Part shown: positions 52,740 to 62,742 of the stretch, one piece after another
How the letters are laid out: every line of letters begins with the position of its first letter
How positions within the stretch are numbered: the stretch's first letter is position 1
Assembly: GCA_905612515.1 (NCBI GenBank)
Contig: CAJQSI010000046.1
Coordinates: 9,505 to 73,504 of the forward strand
Source: an uncultured Opitutales bacterium
GTDB taxonomy: Bacteria; Verrucomicrobiota; Verrucomicrobiia; Opitutales; Seribacteraceae
Reading direction: 5' to 3'
DNA: 64,000 nt
Notes under the pieces: model-generated
Database searches by the model: none
What the model was told of the DNA's origin: nothing
What the model saw: the letters and a program-made list of their open reading frames with translations, nothing else
Program-made: the position numbers and the translations under genes

Positions 52740-54065
52740 ATGAATTCAAATATACGTCTCCGCCTTAGCGTCATGATGTTCCTTCAACTATTTGTATGGG
52801 GGACTTGGTTCACCACTCTTAGTTTGGCTCTATCAAGCAATGGGATGAGCGGTGTCATAGGCGGAGCTTATGCCGCTGTGCCAATCGCCGCCATTATTGC
52901 ACCACTATTCCTAGGTTTGATTTCAGATCGTTTTTTCAACTGCGAAAAAACCATGGGCGTACTGCATCTAATTGGGGGTGGCCTGCTGCTTCTGGCGCCT
53001 TCTTTGATCGCTAAGGGACAAGGGGACACCCTAAGCTGGATCATCACCCTGCACATGCTTTGCTACATGCCCACACTTGCACTCAGCAATACAGTGGCTT
53101 TCTCGAATATTGATGACCGCAACAAGTTTCCGGCCCTACGCGTATGGGGAACGATTGGATGGATTGCAGCCGGGTTGGTGGTCGGTGGGTTGGGAATGTC
53201 CAACAGCCCAGAAATTTTCACACTGGGAGCCTTTTCGGCAATCTCTCTTGGAGTTCTCTGCTTTTTTATGCCGAAAACTCCACCTCCGGCAAAGGGCAAG
53301 CCGATTAACATAGGCACACTTTTGATGTTTGATGCCTTTAAAATGTTAGGGAATCCTTCTTTCCTAGTATTCATTATTTGCTCGACATTAATCTGCGTAC
53401 CTCTTGCATATTACTTCGCTTACACTGCAGTTTATTTGCCCCAGATAGGATTCCAAGCCCCGGCCTCCACCATGGCTCTAGGTCAAGTATCGGAGATTTT
53501 CTTCATGCTGCTGGTTCCGTTTTTCTTCCGAAAATTTGGCGTTAAAATCATGATCTTGATTGGAATGCTAGCTTGGGTCGCCCGTTATATGTTATTTGCT
53601 TTTGGCGCTCCCGATCAGGTGGTGTGGATGATTCTTCTTGGAGTTGTTCTCCATGGAATCTGTTACGACTTTTTCTTTGTCACCGGTTTCATGTACACAG
53701 ACAAAAAAGCCCCAAAGGAAGTCAGGAGTCAGGCCCAATCCCTTCTAGTATTTTTCACTCAGGGCGTAGGAATGTTCTTTGGCTACAAGATTGCAGGAGC
53801 AAAATTCGAGGCAGTTAAAGAAAGCTCTAACGCTCTTGCCGGAGCCATTGAGAGTCCGGATTTTGGCTTTTGGGAATCGTTTGGAAAAATGTTGCTTGCC
53901 GAAAAGCCGGATGCATCCGGCACACTGGCGCAAGACGCGATGGCTAACTGGAAAACATTTTGGATGTTTCCATCCATAATGGCCTTGGTTGTCGCGGGAA
54001 TCTTTTTCGTTTCCTTTTTCGACAAGGGTTCATCCGAAGAAATCTCGACAAAGGAACAGGACTGA
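52740..54065 (+). CDS. MFS transporter, nucleoside:H+ symporter-like (NupG/XapB family pattern)
   Basis: The RLRLSVMMFLQLFVWGTWF opening is typical of the Nuc_H_symport family. About 12 TMs. Confidence 0.75.
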   Translation: MNSNIRLRLSVMMFLQLFVWGTWFTTLSLALSSNGMSGVIGGAYAAVPIAAIIAPLFLGLISDRFFNCEKTMGVLHLIGGGLLLLAPSLIAKGQGDTLSWIITLHMLCYMPTLALSNTVAFSNIDDRNKFPALRVWGTIGWIAAGLVVGGLGMSNSPEIFTLGAFSAISLGVLCFFMPKTPPPAKGKPINIGTLLMFDAFKMLGNPSFLVFIICSTLICVPLAYYFAYTAVYLPQIGFQAPASTMALGQVSEIFFMLLVPFFFRKFGVKIMILIGMLAWVARYMLFAFGAPDQVVWMILLGVVLHGICYDFFFVTGFMYTDKKAPKEVRSQAQSLLVFFTQGVGMFFGYKIAGAKFEAVKESSNALAGAIESPDFGFWESFGKMLLAEKPDASGTLAQDAMANWKTFWMFPSIMALVVAGIFFVSFFDKGSSEEISTKEQD

Positions 54066-54232
54066 ACTTTTATATGGATATTAATAATTTCTGGATCTGC
54101 AACCCACAGAACCAAATGTTCCTGAAAGAAGAAAAATGCATCGAAGAGCAAAATCCGCTTAACAAAATCTACCCGCCAAGTAGGCTTGGACTTTTAATCA
54201 AGCAAATAGCCAAATCCTAGTAATTAAGAAAC

Positions 54233-55525
54233 ATGAAAGAACTCTCAAACCCCACACGCCGGAAATTTCTCAAGACAGGCTCCGCCCTTTCCGCGAGCAC
54301 TCTACTGGCAGCTCCTCATGTAGCCCGAGCCGCCAAGAACGACAAGACGCTAAAGATCGGTCTGGTTGGCATCGGGGGACGAGGAAGTGGAGCAGCCGTC
54401 CAAGCCATGCTTGCCGACGACAACGTAGCCCTTACCGCCATCGGCGATCTCTTTGAGGACCGTATCAAGCTACGCAGTCGTATCCTGAAGGCACGGGGAC
54501 GCGCCAAGTATCAAGTGACCGAAGACACTACCTTCACAGGTTTTGATGCATACAAGAAGGTCATCGACTCAGGAATCGACGTCGTGATTCTCACCACCCC
54601 GCCAAATTTTCGCCCGTTGCACATCGAGTACGCCATTGAGAAAGGCGTCCACTGCTTCTTCGAAAAACCGGTAGCCGTAGATGCTCCGGGCGTACGAAAG
54701 GTCATTGAGTTGGCCAAGAAGGCAAAGGAAAAGAAACTTGCTTTCATGTCCGGGTTTTGCTGGCGACACCACTATCCGAAACGCGAGGTGTTCGGTCGCA
54801 TACTCGATGGTGCATTGGGCAACGTTAACGCAATGTACAGCACCTACAATGGCGGGGAAACTTGGAAGAAGCCGCGTGAGGAAGGCTGGGGCGACCTCGA
54901 ATCCCAAATGCGCAACTGGAACGCCCACCTCTGGCTTTCTGGCGATTCCATCGTGGAACAAGCCGTACACTGCATTGACATGATGCAATGGGCGATGGGA
55001 GACAAAGCCCCTACCCACGCGGAAGCATCAGGGGGGCGACAAGTATACGACGACCTCGACAAGTACGGGAACATCTTCGATCACTTCGCCGTTGTATACC
55101 AATGGGAGAACGAAACCGGAGGAGTACGTGGTTTTCACCATTCGCGACAACAAAACGGAACCGTCGGGAGTTACGAAGTCGAAGTATACGGAAGCAAAGG
55201 TTTCTGCTCCGCTAAAAATCGGCACGCCATTTTGGGCAAGGAAGACGCTTGGCGTTTCCGTGGAGAAAACAACGACATGTACCAAACCGAGCACGACGAA
55301 TTATTTGCCTCTATTCGTGAAGGCAAACCATTCAACGACGGTGAAATTGCCGCTCAAAGTACAATGGTCGCAATCCTCGGTCGTATGGCAGCCTACACCG
55401 GACAGCAGATCACCTACGAGGATGCTCTAAACTCAAAGACCGACCTTACCCCCAGTCACTTTGACTGGAAGGAATCCTTGCCCGCGCAAGGAGTACCCAT
55501 ACCAGGTGTAACGAAGTTCGTTTGA
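54233..55525 (+). CDS. Gfo/Idh/MocA family oxidoreductase with Tat signal
   Basis: TRRKFLKTGSALSASTLLAAPHVARA twin-arginine signal, GLVGIGGRGSG Rossmann motif, EKP motif. Confidence 0.85.
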   Translation: MKELSNPTRRKFLKTGSALSASTLLAAPHVARAAKNDKTLKIGLVGIGGRGSGAAVQAMLADDNVALTAIGDLFEDRIKLRSRILKARGRAKYQVTEDTTFTGFDAYKKVIDSGIDVVILTTPPNFRPLHIEYAIEKGVHCFFEKPVAVDAPGVRKVIELAKKAKEKKLAFMSGFCWRHHYPKREVFGRILDGALGNVNAMYSTYNGGETWKKPREEGWGDLESQMRNWNAHLWLSGDSIVEQAVHCIDMMQWAMGDKAPTHAEASGGRQVYDDLDKYGNIFDHFAVVYQWENETGGVRGFHHSRQQNGTVGSYEVEVYGSKGFCSAKNRHAILGKEDAWRFRGENNDMYQTEHDELFASIREGKPFNDGEIAAQSTMVAILGRMAAYTGQQITYEDALNSKTDLTPSHFDWKESLPAQGVPIPGVTKFV

Positions 55526-55559
55526 ACCAGACAAGCCCAACAGGGCAAAATTTCATACA

Positions 55560-56969
55560 ATGAACAGAGTTGTCTGGATTGCCCTAATCTTAGGGGCTCA
55601 TGTTTCGTACGGTGCAAACTACTCTGTAGTTGTATCTCAGGAAACCGCAAAGAACGAGAAATGGGCAAAGATTGTTTCCGTGATAAGGGAGAAACACTCC
55701 GCGGAAGTGCTATACTTTAAAAAGTCAGTCGAGGAATCTCTCCCCGCCCTCCGCAAATCGTTTCCACGTTACGCTTGTTTCATTGCTCGTCCCGAGGAAA
55801 CCTCCAAGGACTTCGTGAAAGCTATTCACCGCATGACCAGGCGATTGGATACCGATCCCTACACAGACTTGTTCTGGGGCATCCTTACGGGACACGATGC
55901 CGAAAATGCCCTCACCGTTGCAAAAACTTCCGATCCGCTAGTTATTCGCAACTCCTTGGCCTGTACTGAAATCGCACTCGACCGCTGCGAACGAGGCAAA
56001 TGGTTTTGCGAACTACGAAAAGGACACGGCGTAACCAAGGAACAAGGCGGCGATATAAAAGACATCAAGCTGCCGCAAGATACCACTTCTCGCTTCGTAA
56101 GGGAACTGAACGAAGGGAAACCCGACCTGTTCGTGACCTCGGGTCATGCCACCGAAAGAGACCTGCAATTAGGCTTCCGATATCGCAACGGCGTCTTTCG
56201 TTGCAAAAACGGGACCCTCTTTGGTTCAGACCTTTCAGGTAAGCGACACGCCGTGAACTCTCCCAACCCGAAGGTTTACATGCCAATCGGCAACTGCCTC
56301 ATGGGCCATCTAGACGGTCCCGACTCCATGGCCGCAGCCTTTCTCGAAAGCGCGGGAGTTCGACAAATGATGGGATACATCGAAGTCACTTGGTACGGCT
56401 ACATGGGTTGGGGTTGCCTCGATTACTTTATTGAGCAACCGGGGCGCTATTCTTTCACGGAAGCCTTCTTCGCCAATCACCATGCCCTCATTCACCGCCT
56501 TGAAACTTGTTTTCCGAAAAACGATTCTCAATCTAACGCCAAAGTAACCGTTCACTCCCGAAAGCCATCGGCCTATGCACGAAAACTTCGCTTGGGTTCC
56601 AACGATGCTCGCGGACTTCTCTTTGACCGTGACATCGTGGCCTTTTACGGTGACCCCGCATGGCAAGCAAAAATGGCGGACGGCAAACGCAACTGGAAAC
56701 AAGCCCTCACTCGAAAAGGCGATGAGTATAGTTTCTCCATCACTCCGACACTTGGCTCCGCCAGTTACGCACCCGTCAACGAGAACGGGGTTCAACGGGG
56801 GTATCGGCCTTTTATTACATTCTTCGACCAAAGGCTCGCGAAAGCAGAGATCGTCTCCGGGCAAGAACTCAACCCAGTAATCACCGACACTTTCATCCTA
56901 GTGCCCAACCCACCAAGCAATAAACCCGCCGGACCCATCGAAGTCGTCTTCAGAGCAAAAGAAATTTAA
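55560..56969 (+). CDS. hypothetical secreted protein; possible clan-CD (gingipain/C25-like) fold
   Basis: Signal peptide. Candidate His (LFVTSGHATE) and Cys (MPIGNCLMGH) in the order and spacing seen in caspase-fold peptidases. Speculative. Confidence 0.5.
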   Translation: MNRVVWIALILGAHVSYGANYSVVVSQETAKNEKWAKIVSVIREKHSAEVLYFKKSVEESLPALRKSFPRYACFIARPEETSKDFVKAIHRMTRRLDTDPYTDLFWGILTGHDAENALTVAKTSDPLVIRNSLACTEIALDRCERGKWFCELRKGHGVTKEQGGDIKDIKLPQDTTSRFVRELNEGKPDLFVTSGHATERDLQLGFRYRNGVFRCKNGTLFGSDLSGKRHAVNSPNPKVYMPIGNCLMGHLDGPDSMAAAFLESAGVRQMMGYIEVTWYGYMGWGCLDYFIEQPGRYSFTEAFFANHHALIHRLETCFPKNDSQSNAKVTVHSRKPSAYARKLRLGSNDARGLLFDRDIVAFYGDPAWQAKMADGKRNWKQALTRKGDEYSFSITPTLGSASYAPVNENGVQRGYRPFITFFDQRLAKAEIVSGQELNPVITDTFILVPNPPSNKPAGPIEVVFRAKEI

Positions 56970-57003
56970 GCGGCTAAGTTACGCTCCTTCCATATAACTT
57001 AAG

Positions 57004-59010
57004 ATGCGCAGGCCTCGCAGAACGCCCTTCCTTGTAGGACTGAAAGCGGATTGGAACGAATTTCGTAAAGCGGTTGGTTATTGGATCACCTTCAGAAAAA
57101 GTAGATTTTCACGAGTAATTCGCGTCTGGAAGGTCCGCCGAAAGGACAAACCCCTCGTCGCCGCGTTCCGCAAAGGCATTCGTTTTCGTCGCTGGAAGAA
57201 GGATCACTCTGCCGCCCTCGCTGAAAAAGCCAAGGAAATCCGTGTTTCCACTCCAAAGAAGAGCCTCCGTCAACATTGGGAGTTCTGGCTCTTTCAATGG
57301 AAACTGCCTCGAAAACCTTTTTCCGTCCTTATCGTACGCTCGCTTCTCGTTCTGATGGCGTTAGCTCCCTTCGCCATTCCCGTCTATTATGGTCTACGCA
57401 TGTGGCGCATCGACAATTTCCTAGACGCCTCCATAGTCGCCCTGTCCAACAACGAACTAGTAACCGCATGGAGAACGGCTCATGCCGCGCACTTGATGGA
57501 GCCAGACGACATCGAAATCCTGCGCGCACTCCGGAACGCCTCGGGAGAAGCCAACCATCCGCGCTCCATCGAATGGAGCTTGAAACTCGTCGGGCATCCA
57601 GAAGCAACTGACGATGACCGTCTTCGCTTCGTCGAACTGGCAGTTAACCGAGGCAAACGGGAGTTAGCAGAGCAACAACTCGCCCAATTGGAACGCAACG
57701 GCGCCTCTCGAATGAAAACAGATTACCTCCGCCTTGTTCTCACCCTCTCGCGAGGACAAGCCGCCAAGCCAGAAGCAATCGCACTCGCTCGCACCATGCT
57801 CGCAAGAGGTTCCGCTACTCTCGAAACATATCGCCTCTACTGGAACCTTTGTCTTGATCCGAGAGATCCAGCACTCGCCAACGAAGGTATGTCACATCTC
57901 CGCCAAACTGCAAAACACAGCGACGAATTAGGCCGCGAAGCTCTCCGTCAACTATTGAGGACGAAAGCCATTACCGAGAACGAATACCGAGACTGCGCCC
58001 GCCGCCTCTGGCAGTTTCCTCAACCCACCCGAGACGATGCCTTGCTGTGCATTAACGCCGCCTATTTTGGCAAGACCCTACCCATCGACAAGCTCCGCTC
58101 CCTCCTCGCCGAACGGTTCGGCCCCTTCTCCGGTCCGGCCGAAACGCACAAAATTGCCAAAGTCCTTTCCGAACTAGGTCGCCCAAAAACCGCTGAGGCC
58201 CTCCTCCTTTCCGAAACGAACGCCACCCGACGCGCCTCCCTCCTCCCTGAACTCCTCCGTGCTCGGATCCTGTCCAAACGCCATGAGAAAGCCACCGTTA
58301 CCTTGCGAGACGGCAACACGTCTCTTTCTCCTTCCGAAAACCTTTTCTTTGGTTCTTTGCTCGCTCAAAAGAGCAAGAAAACCGAACAAGCCCAAGCCCT
58401 CCTCGCTCGCTCCTTCGAACGAGCCACATCCAGCGATCTGGCAACCATTCGGCAATTCATCCCGCTACACGACAATCCAAACGCCGTCGTGACCCTGCTC
58501 GAACGCCTTGAGAAGGATGAGCACACTCCAACGGGACTTCGTTACTTGCTAGCGACCTGCTACCAACGTCTCGGGAGAAACGAAGCTCTAGAAAAAATCC
58601 TTGCCCGAACGCCAATTCCTTCCAGTGACACCGCACCCGCCGCCGAACAAACCTGTCGGCTAAAAACCCTGTACGGGCAAGACTTACCAGTTTGTCGACG
58701 GCTAGCAGAAAACCTCGTCACCCGACATCCCGCCACTGCTTCCTACCGCTACACGCTCGCCCTCTGCTACCTCGCCTCCGGTAGCCCACATGACGCCCAC
58801 GCCATACTCGGTCCCTACCTTTACGCCACACCCCCCGTCTGCCCTAGCCAAAGACTCGTCGGCGCCGTTACCCTCGCAGCTGTCGACCGCAAGGCCGATG
58901 CAATTCGATGGGCACCGTACGCTCACAAGGATTTACTGCTAAAACCGGAACGGACCCTTCTGGCCACCTTACCGACTCCTGCGAAAACTCTGCCGTCCCA
59001 ACAGCCATAG
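57004..59010 (+). CDS. membrane-anchored all-alpha (TPR-like) protein with very basic N-terminus
   Basis: 668 aa. About 100 aa of Arg/Lys-rich N-terminus, one TM (VLIVRSLLVLMALAPFAIPVYY), then a Leu/Ala/Arg-rich helical repeat region. Confidence 0.6.
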   Translation: MRRPRRTPFLVGLKADWNEFRKAVGYWITFRKSRFSRVIRVWKVRRKDKPLVAAFRKGIRFRRWKKDHSAALAEKAKEIRVSTPKKSLRQHWEFWLFQWKLPRKPFSVLIVRSLLVLMALAPFAIPVYYGLRMWRIDNFLDASIVALSNNELVTAWRTAHAAHLMEPDDIEILRALRNASGEANHPRSIEWSLKLVGHPEATDDDRLRFVELAVNRGKRELAEQQLAQLERNGASRMKTDYLRLVLTLSRGQAAKPEAIALARTMLARGSATLETYRLYWNLCLDPRDPALANEGMSHLRQTAKHSDELGREALRQLLRTKAITENEYRDCARRLWQFPQPTRDDALLCINAAYFGKTLPIDKLRSLLAERFGPFSGPAETHKIAKVLSELGRPKTAEALLLSETNATRRASLLPELLRARILSKRHEKATVTLRDGNTSLSPSENLFFGSLLAQKSKKTEQAQALLARSFERATSSDLATIRQFIPLHDNPNAVVTLLERLEKDEHTPTGLRYLLATCYQRLGRNEALEKILARTPIPSSDTAPAAEQTCRLKTLYGQDLPVCRRLAENLVTRHPATASYRYTLALCYLASGSPHDAHAILGPYLYATPPVCPSQRLVGAVTLAAVDRKADAIRWAPYAHKDLLLKPERTLLATLPTPAKTLPSQQP

Positions 59011-59056
59011 TTACAGCCTAACGGTCGAGAGAGATCGAATATGCTAAGAGACCGAA

Positions 59057-60661
59057 CTAATTTGCAGGCCGAAAACGTTTGAGCAAGGCCCATTCCTCGG
59101 GAAGCATGCGGTCGGGAACGAGTCCATCGGCCAGCTTATGGCCCTCGGCGATTTTTCCTTTGGCGAAAAAAATGGCTGCAAGTAAAGCTCTCTCGCCATG
59201 GAGAAGGCGGGGGCCACCACGACGGCGCATGACATTCAAGGCCTCGCCAGGCTTATTCGTCAACAATTTCGCGAGAGCGAGGGTGGAAAGGAAGTTGGGG
59301 TTGTTCGGAACGGCCTTCACGATGCGTTCCGCCTCTTGGGCGAGAGCAGATGCTTCCTGGCCGGACAACAACGCGAGGTAAGCAGCGTTGTTGCAGTTGC
59401 CCCAACGATGCGGATACCGGCGACGCAAAGATTCCGCAACACGCAGGGCCAAAAGGGTTTCGCGAGCGCTCATGGCGAGTTGGAGCAACTGGTTGCCCTC
59501 GTCTTGACCGAGAGCGTTCGAATCGATATCTAGAGCGGCAGTATAGGCTTCGCGGGCGGAAGCCGCATCACCCCTTAAGAGAGAAAATCGTCCAGCTTCC
59601 ACCAACGCCACAGCCGATCTCGTCGCTTTGGCCCGACTCAGGTATTTCGCCACGACGGACGGATCGCCTTGGGCCATGTCCAGATAAGCAGTGGCCTTGC
59701 CCTGATCTTCGGCGGAAAGAGCACTGGTCGCCCGTTTCAAAAGTGCCTCGGCTTGGATCGTAGCGTTCGTTTCAAGCAAAGCTTGAAAGCGTGGAAAGAA
59801 AAGTTGAGAAGACATCTCTGCCTCCACTTTCGAGACCAACTCGAGAGTACGTCGATGCTCACCTCGCCCAAGAAACCATTGGGCAAGCATGGCCTTGTCC
59901 GTGTTTTGAAGATGGTTTAAGGCTTCATCCAACAAAACCTCTCGGTCTACTGGTTTTGCAAATGCAAGGTTTACTTCCACCGCACGTAAAAAAACAGCAG
60001 GATTCGTAAGCGGATGCCGGCGCAAACCCGCAGCAGCTTCCGACACATCCTCGGGGAAGACACCGTTTCCCAAGGGAGTGAATGCCAAGGTCTTCAGCGC
60101 CCTGTGCCCGAGAACATCAATTCTTGTACCTATTTCCCGTAAGGTAATCTTGGCCAAGATTCTGTCGTCTAAGGATGCCGACATCCATAGCGTACGGGCC
60201 TTGGCCAAACGAACATAGCGGTTTTCGGGTTCCTGCCCGAGAAGTACCTCAAGCACAGCCAAAGCTTTCTTTCGAAAACCTTGACTGAAGAACAAACGGG
60301 CCCGCAAGGTCTTAGTGCGCAGGTCATCGGGTGCACGCCGTTCCAACTCGGCAAAGGCATCTTCTTCGGGTGGGACATCTGCAAAATCCAAAGTGAGTTC
60401 GACCAAAAGAACCAAATCGTCCGTCTCCACCTCTCCACGATTTCGAAGTTCCCTCAGGATGGAAAGAGCAACGACGGGATTCTCGGTCAAACGTGCGGCA
60501 AGCAGGGCCCGCAACACGCCAGTCTCTTCTTGGGCGAACTCGCCAGTCTCGACTCGATTGATCGCCCGTTCTATGTTTTCCTCAAGTCTAAGGTGTCGCC
60601 ATCCAAAAAAGCCACCCAGAAGAACCAACGCCGAAAGGACAAGCCAAAGACGTCCGTTCAC
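59057..60661 (-). CDS. membrane-anchored all-alpha (TPR-like) protein, paralog-like to 57004..59010
   Basis: Start moved to GTG 60661, which forms a GTGA overlap with the upstream stop (60660..60658). N-terminal TM LWLVLSALVLLGGFFGW and a helical repeat body. Confidence 0.6.
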   Translation of the reverse strand: MNGRLWLVLSALVLLGGFFGWRHLRLEENIERAINRVETGEFAQEETGVLRALLAARLTENPVVALSILRELRNRGEVETDDLVLLVELTLDFADVPPEEDAFAELERRAPDDLRTKTLRARLFFSQGFRKKALAVLEVLLGQEPENRYVRLAKARTLWMSASLDDRILAKITLREIGTRIDVLGHRALKTLAFTPLGNGVFPEDVSEAAAGLRRHPLTNPAVFLRAVEVNLAFAKPVDREVLLDEALNHLQNTDKAMLAQWFLGRGEHRRTLELVSKVEAEMSSQLFFPRFQALLETNATIQAEALLKRATSALSAEDQGKATAYLDMAQGDPSVVAKYLSRAKATRSAVALVEAGRFSLLRGDAASAREAYTAALDIDSNALGQDEGNQLLQLAMSARETLLALRVAESLRRRYPHRWGNCNNAAYLALLSGQEASALAQEAERIVKAVPNNPNFLSTLALAKLLTNKPGEALNVMRRRGGPRLLHGERALLAAIFFAKGKIAEGHKLADGLVPDRMLPEEWALLKRFRPAN

Positions 60662-61836
60662 GCGCCGGCGGCTTCGTTCTTTACTATTCCAAAGGAACGC
60701 CTGCGGCGGCGCCAAGCCAACACGGCCAATGCAAAGAAACTTATGGCTGGAAAAATTTCGGCCGGCTCGGGTGCAGCAGATCCACTGCCACCGCCGCCAC
60801 CGCCGCCAGCGAGCCAATCGGCGTAGGTCTGGCTGACAGGGATGTCATATGTCCCGCCCCAAGTAGCATCAGTATAAGTTCCCCCGATATTGGCTCCGAC
60901 AGGGGCGGCCGAAATGCTGTACCCGATGTCCTTGAGCAATGCGAAGTCGAGATCACTAAACGACGACCTTGAGTTTATTCCGATACTTGGAAGCATGGAT
61001 GGATGACAAGCGCAATTTACTTTCGAGGGATTTAAATTGCCTGGTGGAACTGGCCCTCCATCCGTGGGCAAATCCCAATGCGAAGTCCCATAGAGCGGAA
61101 TGTTTTCACCATTGTATTCTGCTTTGGCATTCGCACCTGTCCAAAAGGAACCTGATTTATTAGCATTCCATGCATTATTGGTTTGGAAGCCCATGACATG
61201 ACCAATCTCATGCACCATCACGGTGTAGAAATCGGTCTTGCCAGAAGAAAGAGCGTCGGTGTGGGTCGTAAGATCCGTGTCGAAGTAAAAAGTCTTGTTG
61301 GTATTGACCTGTGAACTACCCGCAATCGGTTCAAAATTAGTGTTACTGTTCTTCGCGTTTAGGGCATTCTGCATTGCTGTTAAATCTGCTCCTGAACCGG
61401 AATAACCCGTTCGGCCGGTTTGACCGGCAGAAGCAAGCGTACTTCCGGCAATCGATTTTGCTCCCAAAAAAACAATCAATTCATTCGCTTTGCCGATTAC
61501 GTTTCCATCACTTGTCGTACTTGCAACAGCAGATTGTAAGGTAGCTGATGAAGACGGGCTGGTGAAGTTGAGCCCCAAACCAGTAATGCTACTCAGACCA
61601 AGATCCTCAGAAGGTCTGTACCCGGCAAAGCTTTCTCCGACCATTCTCGACTCGAAAACATAAGCCACCTGCTCCATAATGTACTTTCTATCATCGGAAA
61701 AATAATTTCCCGAGTCATAGGAATAATCAAAGATAATGTCTATGGCTGCACTTGCCTGAATCAAACTTAACAGGAAGCAGAAGCAGCTATGCCAAAATAT
61801 CGAAGCTCTAGATATCGCTCGCTGCGTAAAAGGCAT
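60658..61836 (-). CDS. PEP-CTERM-anchored secreted protein with HExxH zinc-peptidase motif
   Basis: Signal peptide. VMVHEIGHVMGF (codons at about 61198..61212). Gly run GGGGGGSGS. The PEPAE + hydrophobic helix + RRRRR sorting signal is encoded at 60661..60771. Confidence 0.75.
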   Translation of the reverse strand: MPFTQRAISRASIFWHSCFCFLLSLIQASAAIDIIFDYSYDSGNYFSDDRKYIMEQVAYVFESRMVGESFAGYRPSEDLGLSSITGLGLNFTSPSSSATLQSAVASTTSDGNVIGKANELIVFLGAKSIAGSTLASAGQTGRTGYSGSGADLTAMQNALNAKNSNTNFEPIAGSSQVNTNKTFYFDTDLTTHTDALSSGKTDFYTVMVHEIGHVMGFQTNNAWNANKSGSFWTGANAKAEYNGENIPLYGTSHWDLPTDGGPVPPGNLNPSKVNCACHPSMLPSIGINSRSSFSDLDFALLKDIGYSISAAPVGANIGGTYTDATWGGTYDIPVSQTYADWLAGGGGGGGSGSAAPEPAEIFPAISFFALAVLAWRRRRRSFGIVKNEAAGA

Positions 61837-61937
61837 AAAGGGGATTAGGCAATGGAATAGTTTATCTTGCCCTAGATCACCATATCACTGCATTTTAATG
61901 CAAGGACAAAAGTACACCTTCTCAAGAAACAAATCCA

Positions 61938-62672
61938 TCAGTTCCGCAGAACTTCGCCGAGCCATGCGATGACGGCCTCGCTCATGGGGCCAAGGCCATC
62001 CTCCGAGAAGACATGGTCCGTTCCGGGAATTTCGACAAATTTCTTCGGCTCATTGGCAAGGGCAAAGATTTCACGGGAGTCCTCAATCGGCACGACGTCG
62101 TCTTCGATTCCATGGACGAAAAGCCAAGGTACTGTAACCTCGGAAGCTTTCGGGGCAGTAGTTCGAATGGCCTTCATGTCGGCGAGGAAAACTTTTGACA
62201 GTGGGTATGATGAATCTTCCCACATGCACCCGGAGTCGGGTGTTTCTTCTCCAAATTCACGATCGTAAAATGCTTCCGTGTTCACCATTCCGGCAAGAGA
62301 AATGAGATAGCGTATTCGACTGTCACTTGCAGCAGCAAGCACACCAACGGCTCCGCCCATGCTGTGTCCGGCGTAGGTTGCTCGAAGCCCTACCGACTCA
62401 GTAGCTGAAAGGACGGCTTTCAGGTCTTCGACCTCCTTGGAAATCGTGCACTCCCGAAAGCTTCCTTCCGAAGAACCATTTCCTGCAAAGGAGAACCGCA
62501 ATACGGGCACTCCTTCCGCCGATACGGCTTCTGCCAATGCTACGACAAAAGGCCTATCCTTGTTGCCGGTCACGCCATGACCTATAACAAAAACATCGCG
62601 GGCATTGGCTGCTCCTTCATGGAAGGTATAATCGAGGGTTTCCCCACTTGGGTTTTTTATTGTTCCAAACAT
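61938..62672 (-). CDS. alpha/beta hydrolase
   Basis: Start moved to ATG 62672. Nucleophile elbow GHSMGG, with downstream D and H candidates (GIEDDVVP, GTDHVF). Confidence 0.8.
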   Translation of the reverse strand: MFGTIKNPSGETLDYTFHEGAANARDVFVIGHGVTGNKDRPFVVALAEAVSAEGVPVLRFSFAGNGSSEGSFRECTISKEVEDLKAVLSATESVGLRATYAGHSMGGAVGVLAAASDSRIRYLISLAGMVNTEAFYDREFGEETPDSGCMWEDSSYPLSKVFLADMKAIRTTAPKASEVTVPWLFVHGIEDDVVPIEDSREIFALANEPKKFVEIPGTDHVFSEDGLGPMSEAVIAWLGEVLRN

Positions 62673-62742
62673 CTCAGCAGGCTTACGACGACTGCCCTCA
62701 GGTTGGCAAGCGCACATTATTGAATAACATAGGAATCTGAAG

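Noticed and set aside
60662-60817. N-terminal 52 aa (MARWRRWRRWQW...) of the ORF-track model 59057..60817
   Set aside because: This would overlap the PEP-CTERM coding region by 160 nt in another frame and gives a Trp/Arg-rich artefactual peptide. A GTG at 60661 forms a GTGA junction with the upstream stop and is followed directly by the TM helix.
60281-60836. Two long Arg-rich plus-strand ORFs (181 and 173 aa)
   Set aside because: They are antisense to the TPR-like gene in a GC/Arg-codon-rich stretch, and their composition (R/S/P runs) is typical of off-frame translation.
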